Part shown: piece after piece, positions 57,389 to 64,000 of the stretch
How positions within the stretch are numbered: the stretch's first letter is position 1
Layout of the letters: the number at the start of each line of letters is the position of its first letter
Assembly (NCBI GenBank): GCA_963795085.1
Contig: CAWCFX010000004.1
Span: 32,001 to 96,000 of the forward strand
From: an uncultured Gemmatimonadales bacterium
GTDB lineage: Bacteria > Gemmatimonadota > Gemmatimonadetes > Gemmatimonadales > GWC2-71-9
Reading direction: 5' to 3'
Length of the DNA stretch: 64,000 nt
The notes under the pieces: model-generated
Databases searched by the model: none
The model's input: only the letters and a program-made list of their open reading frames with translations
What the model was told of the DNA's origin: nothing
Program-made: the position numbers and the translations under genes

Positions 57389-58489
57389 TTGGGTATCCGA
57401 ATAGGACTTGCCTACAACCTCAAACCCAACGCCCCAGCCGAGACCGGGGTGAGATTTGAGGCTCCCTCCTCGCCCGAGCCTTCCTACCGTTCCCTTCGCT
57501 ACGACCTCGAACAGCCCGACCTGTACGCGGAGTGGGATGAGCCCGCGACGATCGATGCGGTGGAACGTGCGCTCCGGCCATTGGGACAGATTATCCGGCT
57601 CGAAGCCGACAAGACCTTCCCCATGAAGCTCACCCGGACCCGGCCCGACTTCGTCTTCAACATCGCGGAGGGTCTCAAGGGGGTGAACCGGGAAGGACAC
57701 GTCCCGGCCATCTGCGAGTTCCTCGACATCCCGTACCTCGGGTCGGACCCGCTCACCCTGGGTCTCGCCCTGCACAAGGGACGGGCCAAGGAGGTCATGC
57801 AGCACCGGGGGGTGCCGACGGCGCCTTTCAAGATGCTGCACAACCGGGGCGATGCCCGGACCTGCGACCTGCCCTTCCCGGTATTCATCAAGCCGGCCTT
57901 TGAGGGCTCCGGCAAGGGCGTCAGCGTCAAGAGTCTCTGCCATACCCGGAAGGAGTTGCTCAAGCACACCGAGTACCTCCTGGCGACCTATCATGAGCCC
58001 GTCCTGGCGGAGACCTATCTCCCCGGGGCCGAGTTCACGGTCGCCATCATGGGCAACGGAGACGGCGCCCGCTGCCTCCCCATCGTCGGCATGCGCTTCG
58101 ATGAGCTGCCGGAAGGGGCGCCGCCAATCTACGGGTACGAGGCCAAGTGGATCTGGGACAGCGTCGAGGAGCCGCTCCAGATGTTCGAGTGCCCCGCCCG
58201 CATTACGCGCAAGCAGGCCCAGGCGGTCCGGGCCGCGGCGCTGGGCGCCTACCGGGCGCTGGATTGCCGCGACTGGAGCCGGATCGACGTCCGCTGTGAC
58301 GCCGACGGCCGTCCTAACGTGGTGGAGATCAATCCCCTCCCCGGGATCCTCCCCGACCCGCGCGACAACTCCTGCTTCCCCAAGGCCGCCCGGGCCGCCG
58401 GGATGTCCTATGACGAGCTGATCCGCACTGCGGCGGACATCGCCTGGCAGCGGATCAGCGGCCGTGCCCTGCTGGCGGAGGTCGCCTGA
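57389..58489 (+). CDS. D-Ala-D-Ala ligase-like ATP-grasp protein 1 (start uncertain, TTG 57389 or 57296)
   Basis: RIGLAYNLK, AEWDEPATI, VFNIAEG, KPAFEGSGKG, RIDVR, EINPLPG. Confidence 0.9.
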   Translation: MGIRIGLAYNLKPNAPAETGVRFEAPSSPEPSYRSLRYDLEQPDLYAEWDEPATIDAVERALRPLGQIIRLEADKTFPMKLTRTRPDFVFNIAEGLKGVNREGHVPAICEFLDIPYLGSDPLTLGLALHKGRAKEVMQHRGVPTAPFKMLHNRGDARTCDLPFPVFIKPAFEGSGKGVSVKSLCHTRKELLKHTEYLLATYHEPVLAETYLPGAEFTVAIMGNGDGARCLPIVGMRFDELPEGAPPIYGYEAKWIWDSVEEPLQMFECPARITRKQAQAVRAAALGAYRALDCRDWSRIDVRCDADGRPNVVEINPLPGILPDPRDNSCFPKAARAAGMSYDELIRTAADIAWQRISGRALLAEVA

Positions 58490-59493
58490 TGAAGGTGGCG
58501 ATCCTGTTCGATCCGGGCGGAGCGCATTGGGACCAGAAGGACATCCTCGCCGCGGTGGAAGGGACCAAGATCATCCAGTCCCACCTCCGCGAGGCCGGCT
58601 ACGAGGTGACCATCGTCCCTATCCGGCCTAACGACTGGCGCTACATCAACAAGATCCGCCAGGCCGACGTGGTCTTCAACCTCTGCGAAGGGCTGGACGG
58701 CCATTCCCGGTATGAGGACTGGATCGTCTCGACCCTGGAGCTTACCGGCACCCCCTATACCGGATGCCGGCCCTGGGCCACCGCCATCTGCCACCGGAAG
58801 CACGTGGCCAACACGGTCCTCTCGGCCGCCGGCATCCCGGTGCCCAAGTTCGCGGTGGCCCACCGCAACAAGGTGCCTACCGCACTGGAACTGCCGGTCA
58901 TCGTGAAGCCGGCCGCCGAGGACGCCAGCCTGGGCATCGACAGCGGGGCCGTCTGCACCAGCCGGAAGAGCCTCAAGCGGCGGATCGCCCTGATGGCCGA
59001 GCAGTGGGAGAGCGTCCTGGTCCAGGAGTACGTCGCCGGCCGCGAGTTCAACGTCGGGTTCATCGGCAAGACCGTGCTTCCCATCTCCGAAATCACCTTC
59101 GACAACATGCCGGAGGGGAGCTGGCCGATCCTCACCTACAGCGGCAAGTGGGACGAGGGGAGTCCCGAAGACCTGGGATCCATCCCCCAGTGCCCGGCCC
59201 AGATCCCCGTGGAACTGGCCCGCAAGCTGGAGAAAGTCGGCCGGGACGCCTGGGAACTCATGGCCGAGTCCGAAGGGTACGGGCGGGTGGACCTTCGGGT
59301 GGACACCTCCGGGCAGCCCTTTGTCCTCGAGGTGAACCCCAACCCCGACCTCTCCCAGGAGGCTGGCCTGGCCCGGATGGCACGCGCCTACGGCTGGAGC
59401 TACAGCGAGTTGCTGCAGCAGGTGATCCGGGAGACGCTGGAGCGCGCCGCCGCACGCAAGGCGGGGCAGGCGCTGGTGGGAGTCACGGCGTGA
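58489..59493 (+). CDS. D-Ala-D-Ala ligase-like ATP-grasp protein 2
   Basis: VFNLCEG, KPAAEDASLGI, YGRVDLR, EVNPNPDLS. Confidence 0.9.
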   Translation: MKVAILFDPGGAHWDQKDILAAVEGTKIIQSHLREAGYEVTIVPIRPNDWRYINKIRQADVVFNLCEGLDGHSRYEDWIVSTLELTGTPYTGCRPWATAICHRKHVANTVLSAAGIPVPKFAVAHRNKVPTALELPVIVKPAAEDASLGIDSGAVCTSRKSLKRRIALMAEQWESVLVQEYVAGREFNVGFIGKTVLPISEITFDNMPEGSWPILTYSGKWDEGSPEDLGSIPQCPAQIPVELARKLEKVGRDAWELMAESEGYGRVDLRVDTSGQPFVLEVNPNPDLSQEAGLARMARAYGWSYSELLQQVIRETLERAAARKAGQALVGVTA

Positions 59494-59978
59494 CGCTGGT
59501 ATCGGCGGCGGCGGAGCTTCGTCCGGTCACCGCCGCCGACCGGCCCGCGCTGGAGGCCCTGCTCCGGGCCAACACCATCTTCGCTGGCCACGAAATCACC
59601 GTAGCCCTCGAAGTATTTGATGCCACGCTCGTCCCGGGGCAGGTGGACTATGAGTCCCTGGCCGCCGATCTCGATGGTCGGCTGGCCGGCTGGATCTGCT
59701 GGGGTCCCACGCCCTGCACCGAAGGCACTTTCGACATGTACTGGATCGCCGTGGATCCCTCGGCCCACGGCGCCGGGATCGGCTCCCTGATGGCGAGCGC
59801 AATGGAGCGCCGACTCCTGGGGCGGGCCCGCCTGGTGGTCGTAGAGACCGGCGGCCGGCCGGCCTATGACGCCACCCGGGCCTTCTACCTTGCGCGCGGG
59901 TATCGGGAGGCCGCTCGGATCCCCGATTTCTATGCGTTGGGCGATGACCAGGTGATCTTCACCAAGCGCCTGGGGTAA
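59490..59978 (+). CDS. GNAT family N-acetyltransferase
   Basis: GTG 59490; GPTPCTEGTFDMYWIAVDP..HGAGIG; VETGG..Y..TRAFY. Confidence 0.9.
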   Translation: MTLVSAAAELRPVTAADRPALEALLRANTIFAGHEITVALEVFDATLVPGQVDYESLAADLDGRLAGWICWGPTPCTEGTFDMYWIAVDPSAHGAGIGSLMASAMERRLLGRARLVVVETGGRPAYDATRAFYLARGYREAARIPDFYALGDDQVIFTKRLG

Positions 59979-60000
59979 CCGCTGAATCTTCCCGTGTAAC

Positions 60001-60033
60001 CGCCCGGTCCCAACCGACCGGGCGATTTTTTTT
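60001..60033 (+). terminator. Rho-independent terminator
   Basis: CGCCCGGTC-CCAACC-GACCGGGCG followed by ATTTTTTTT. Confidence 0.9.
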
Positions 60034-60105
60034 CGAGTAGATTGGGCTTGTGGTGCGCTCCGCGAAAAGCCTTGGAGTTCGCCGGATCAAGACCTGGAGG
60101 TTGCG

Positions 60106-61074
60106 GTGAAAGCGATCCGAATCAGCACGCACGGGGGCCCGGAATCACTGCGGCTGGAGCAGCTGCCCGATCCCCGGCCCGGGGCCGGTGAAGTCCTGGT
60201 CCGGATGGAGGCGGCAGGCGTGAACTTCATCGAGATCTACCAGCGGAAGGGCCAATATCCGATGACCCTGCCGTACACGCCGGGGACGGAAGGAGCCGGG
60301 ACGGTCACGGCGCTGGGCACCGGGGTCGATTCCCTGAAGGTCGGTGACCGGGTAGCCTCCCAGGCGTTCCGCGGATCCTACGCCGAGCTGGCCGTGGCCC
60401 CGGCCGACAAAGTGGTCGCCATCCCGGACGGCATCGATACCCGCTCCGCCGCCGCCGTCATGCTCCAGGGCCTCACCGCCCACTACCTCGCCACCTCCAC
60501 GTTCAAGCTGTCCTCCGGGGTCTGGTGCCTGGTGCATGCCGCCGCCGGCGGTGTCGGGCTCCTGCTCTGCCAGCTCGCCCGGGAAAAGGGCGCCTGGGCC
60601 ATCGGGACGGTATCGACCGAAGCCAAGGCCCAACTCGCCGAGGCGGCGGGCGCGACCGCCACCATCCGGTACACCGAGCAGGATTTCGTGGCGGAGGTCC
60701 ATCGAATCACCGGCGGCCAGGGCGTCCAGGTCGTCTATGACTCGGTGGGAGCCACGACGTTCGAGGGAAGCCTGGACTGCCTCGCACCACGGGGGTTGCT
60801 GGCCCTCTTCGGCCAGTCAAGTGGGCCGGCTCCGCCGCTCGACCCCCAGGTGCTCAACCGGAAAGGCTCCCTTTTCCTTACCCGTCCCACCCTGGCCCAC
60901 TACGTGGCGACCCGGGAGGAGCTGCTCGAACGGGCCGACGAACTGTTCGGCTGGATCGCAGCGGGCCGGCTGACAGTGAACATTCATGCCGACTTCCCCC
61001 TGGCCCAGGCGTCCCGGGCCCACCAGGCCCTGGAGTCCCGGGAGACCTCGGGGAAGGTCCTGCTGGTCCCATGA
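60106..61074 (+). CDS. NADPH:quinone oxidoreductase (Qor/zeta-crystallin family)
   Basis: GVNFIE, LQGLTAHYL, HAAAGGVG, VYDSVG, GSLFLTRP. Confidence 0.94.
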   Translation: MKAIRISTHGGPESLRLEQLPDPRPGAGEVLVRMEAAGVNFIEIYQRKGQYPMTLPYTPGTEGAGTVTALGTGVDSLKVGDRVASQAFRGSYAELAVAPADKVVAIPDGIDTRSAAAVMLQGLTAHYLATSTFKLSSGVWCLVHAAAGGVGLLLCQLAREKGAWAIGTVSTEAKAQLAEAAGATATIRYTEQDFVAEVHRITGGQGVQVVYDSVGATTFEGSLDCLAPRGLLALFGQSSGPAPPLDPQVLNRKGSLFLTRPTLAHYVATREELLERADELFGWIAAGRLTVNIHADFPLAQASRAHQALESRETSGKVLLVP

Positions 61075-61586
61075 CACTGCCGGCCGCCACCGTCCGCGCC
61101 CTGGGCCCGGGGGATGTCGCCGCCTTCATTGAAATGAGGCGATTGGGGTTGGACACGGAACCGCACGCCTTTGGGGCCTCGCCGGAGGATGACCTTGCCC
61201 TGTCGCCGGATTTTGTGCGGCGGGCCATCGGCGAATCCGGCCAGGTCATCCTCGGCGCGTTCGCGCCGCACCTGGTCGGCACGGCGGGCGTCCGCCGGCT
61301 CCGCGAAGCGAAGAGCCGGCACAAGGCCATGGTATGGGGCGTCTATGTCAGCCCCGTTTGCCGGGGGCAGGGCGTTGGCAGGCAGCTCCTTGAGCACGCC
61401 CGGCAGTGGGCCCGGGAACAGCCCGGGCTCACGCACCTGCACCTGGTGGTCAGCACGCGCACACCGGCGGCGCGGGCACTCTACGAGGCGGTCGGGTTCC
61501 GGGTGTGGGGCACCGAGCCTTCGGCGCTTTTCGTCAACGGCGAGTTTGTGGATGACGACCATATGACATGCGATCTCTCCGGGTAA
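61071..61586 (+). CDS. GNAT family N-acetyltransferase
   Basis: WGVYVSPVCRGQGVG; ARALYEAVGF. Confidence 0.92.
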   Translation: MTLPAATVRALGPGDVAAFIEMRRLGLDTEPHAFGASPEDDLALSPDFVRRAIGESGQVILGAFAPHLVGTAGVRRLREAKSRHKAMVWGVYVSPVCRGQGVGRQLLEHARQWAREQPGLTHLHLVVSTRTPAARALYEAVGFRVWGTEPSALFVNGEFVDDDHMTCDLSG

Positions 61587-61799
61587 CTCCCACGGTGCCG
61601 CCTGCACCACTATGGTTTCCGGGTACCGAGTTGCAGGCCCGGGACCGATCCCGGGAAGCCGGTGGGAGGAGTAGTTGCTGAGCGGCCCCCCGGTTACTCT
61701 ACAATCGTGAAACCTACCGGTGCTCCGAAGCCGGCCCGGCGGCCATCCCCCGCCGCGGCGGGGGACGAGGCGTCTCAGCGGCGCCATCTTGTCGTGGTG

Positions 61800-62105
61800 A
61801 TGACCCGTCCGGTGAGCCCCGGGGACCAGGCTCCCGGCGCCGCCCTGGTCACCCGTTTCTGGCATCCCCGGGACCGTCGCTGGAGCGAAAACGCCTTCGA
61901 ATCGATCGAGCATGCCATCCGGCTCTTCGTGGATGAAAGCGGCTGGGTGCTTCTGCAGCACCAGACCCTGGCCGGCCCCTACGAGCACGAACTGATCTTC
62001 CGCGCCAGGGCCGAAGATTTCCAGCGCCCCAGCACCGAGGAGATCCTCGAGGACGTGGGCCTCACGCCCGGCGAGGTGAAAGAGTTGCTGAACGGGGAGC
62101 AATAG
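61800..62105 (+). CDS. Hypothetical protein
   Basis: GC3-biased ORF (LVTRFWHPRDRRWSEN...) filling the gap; start uncertain. Confidence 0.65.
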   Translation: MTRPVSPGDQAPGAALVTRFWHPRDRRWSENAFESIEHAIRLFVDESGWVLLQHQTLAGPYEHELIFRARAEDFQRPSTEEILEDVGLTPGEVKELLNGEQ

Positions 62106-62109
62106 GTCC

Positions 62110-63486
62110 GTGCTCCCCATCGAGCAGACGTGCTTCTGGCTTGCCACCGGGCGGCGCGCCGCCAGGCCTCCAGCGCAGATTCCCCCCAGGTGTGATGTCG
62201 CGGTCATCGGCGGTGGCCTCACCGGCCTCTGGACCGCGCTCTTTCTCCAGGACCTTTCTCCCGCCAGTTCGGTGGTCCTCCTCGAGGCCGAATCCGTGGC
62301 CTATGGCGCCAGCGGGAGGAACGCCGGCATGCTGTCGGAAACCATTGACCACACCCACGCCCTCGCCGTGGATCACTTCGGCGAGAACGAGGCCCGCCGG
62401 CTGGCGGCGCTGGGGCAGCAGAACCTGGCCGAAATGGCCCGATGGCTGGCGGATCGAAAGGTGGATTGCGGCCTTGAACTTACCGGCCGGCTCCAGGTAG
62501 CGCTGACCGACGGCCAACTGGCGGACTGCGCCCGCGCCGCCGAGACGGCACGCCGGCTGGGCGTCACCACCCACACCCTCCTGGGCGCGGCCGAGACCCG
62601 GGCCCGGCTGAACTCCCCGCTCTACCTGGGCGGAGTATTGGTGTCCTCGGGCGGAATTCTTGACCCGGTCAAGCTGGTTCACGGCCTCTGCCGCGAAGCG
62701 GAGCGCCGGGGCGCCACGGTCGCCGAAGGGTGCCGGGTCGAAGCATTCCACAAGAGCGGGGCAGGCGTTGCCATCCAGCACAGCCGCGGCAGCCTGCTCG
62801 CGACTCGTGCGGTCCTCGCTACGAACGCCTATACCCACCACCTGGTACCCCGGTTGCTGCGCCGGTTCATACCGTTATACGACTACATCCTGGTCAGCGA
62901 ACCGCTGACCCCGGAACAGCGGGCCGCAATGGGGTGGAGCGGACGGGAAGGCGTTACGGACGGACGGACCTTTTTCAATTATTACCGCCTGACTCGCGAT
63001 CAGCGAATCCTGTGGGGCACCAGCGAGGCAACATACTATCCGGGGAACCGGGTTGGTCCCGCCCACGACCATTCGATCCCTCACTATGCCGGGCTGGAGC
63101 GAAGCTTCCACCGGCACTTTCCCGATTTCGGGCCACTTGCGTTTCCCTACCGGTGGGGCGGGCCGATCGCTGCCACGACTCGGATGACCCCGACATTCGG
63201 TTCCCTCCTCGACGGCCGGGTTCTCTATGGCCTCGGCTACACGGGCCACGGCCTGGGGACTACCCGGATCGCGGGCCGGCTGCTGGCCCACCTGGCCCTG
63301 GGCCGGCCCAGCGATCTCGCGCGTTTGCAGCTCGTGACCCGCCCTCCCTTTCCGTACCCACCGGAACCGGTCCGGCGACTGGCCGTCGGGCTGGTGACCC
63401 GGGCATTGCGGCGGGTGGACGCAGGTCAGCCTCCGAACCTCTTGCTTCGTCTGCTCGACCGGCTGGGCATCGGGTTTTCGAGCTGA
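62110..63486 (+). CDS. FAD-dependent oxidoreductase (DAO family, PuuB-like)
   Basis: DVAVIGGGLTG, GASGRNAG, LATNAY, GYTGHG. Confidence 0.92.
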   Translation: MLPIEQTCFWLATGRRAARPPAQIPPRCDVAVIGGGLTGLWTALFLQDLSPASSVVLLEAESVAYGASGRNAGMLSETIDHTHALAVDHFGENEARRLAALGQQNLAEMARWLADRKVDCGLELTGRLQVALTDGQLADCARAAETARRLGVTTHTLLGAAETRARLNSPLYLGGVLVSSGGILDPVKLVHGLCREAERRGATVAEGCRVEAFHKSGAGVAIQHSRGSLLATRAVLATNAYTHHLVPRLLRRFIPLYDYILVSEPLTPEQRAAMGWSGREGVTDGRTFFNYYRLTRDQRILWGTSEATYYPGNRVGPAHDHSIPHYAGLERSFHRHFPDFGPLAFPYRWGGPIAATTRMTPTFGSLLDGRVLYGLGYTGHGLGTTRIAGRLLAHLALGRPSDLARLQLVTRPPFPYPPEPVRRLAVGLVTRALRRVDAGQPPNLLLRLLDRLGIGFSS

Positions 63487-63494
63487 CAGCGAGC

Positions 63495-63554
63495 GTTCAT
63501 CATGTGAACCGGGAATTCGATTTCTTTGACAAGAATGCCGTCCCGCCTCATTTT
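63495..63554 (+). promoter_or_regulatory. Sigma70 promoter with an upstream palindrome
   Basis: TTGACA(63526)-N17-CATTTT; GTTCA-N5-TGAAC at 63495-63509. Confidence 0.55.
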
Positions 63555-63640
63555 GAATTGCTCCATCCGTCCCACCCACTTTGCCATCCAGTTGCACCAT
63601 CGAAGGACCGGACGATCCCATCAAGGGGGAGGAAGGTCGC

Positions 63641-64000
63641 ATGAGAATCGGCATTCTTGGCGTCTCCAGCCTGGGGCTGGCCTTGGCGTTGTCGGGGTGG
63701 CCCGCCCCGCTCCAGGCCCAGGCCGGCCGCATCGGCGGGCAGGTCTCCGACCGCGCGACTGGCGCGCCACTGGAAGGCGCCCGCGTCATGGTCGTCGGGA
63801 GCCAGTTGATCGAGACGACCAGCCGGGAGGGCCGCTACCTCTTCCGGAGCCTCGCTCCCGATGGTTACCAGGTCAGGGTGCTCCATATCGGTTACCAGTC
63901 GCAGACTCGGGTGGTCACCGTCGCGGCGAACCAAACCGCCGCGGCTGATTTCACCCTGACGTCCATGCCGGTTACCCTGGACGAGATCGTGGTGACGGCC
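63641..64000 (+). CDS. SusC/RagA-like TonB-dependent receptor, N-terminal part (runs off the window)
   Basis: Not in the ORF track. Translation gives a signal peptide ending LQA-Q, GRIGGQVSDRATGAPLEGARV...IGYQ, and TonB-box-like LDEIVVTA. Confidence 0.9.
   Translation, partial: MRIGILGVSSLGLALALSGWPAPLQAQAGRIGGQVSDRATGAPLEGARVMVVGSQLIETTSREGRYLFRSLAPDGYQVRVLHIGYQSQTRVVTVAANQTAAADFTLTSMPVTLDEIVVTA

Noticed and set aside
57389..59493. Vancomycin-resistance (van) ligases
   Set aside because: No vanH/X/R/S neighbours, and the motifs diverge from the Ddl/Van ligases.

Overview
This is GC-rich bacterial chromosomal DNA. The gene content (many secreted 6-bladed beta-propeller proteins, a DUF5916 outer-membrane protein, a SusC-like receptor, frequent leaderless starts) suggests Gemmatimonadota or another FCB-group organism; this assignment is inference. 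About 62 CDS are supported. I recognised no rRNA, tRNA, CRISPR array or transposase. The first ~9.4 kb is an accessory region: an RND adaptor gene, a small AraC-like HTH gene whose ATG is put out of frame by a C11 tract, a secreted Cys-rich peptide gene (12 Cys in the last 42 residues) followed by a hairpin, and five NHL/6-bladed propeller paralogues mixed with REP-like repeats and gene fragments. This is the best candidate for an undescribed system. The rest of the window contains an ECF sigma / anti-sigma / two HEAT-repeat operon that shares a promoter motif with the DUF5916 gene, otsA-otsB, a selenocysteine-containing selD missed by the ORF track, a DUF4956 / SdiA-regulated / metallophosphoesterase / kinase-like-Omp85 operon, rnhA, fatty-acid catabolism genes, a YeeE gene with a frameshifted rhodanese, thyA-folA, and two Ddl-like ATP-grasp ligases plus a GNAT preceded by a candidate uORF. 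Many intergenic spacers carry 7-9 bp tandem microrepeats. All product calls come from recognising motifs by eye; no database search was run.
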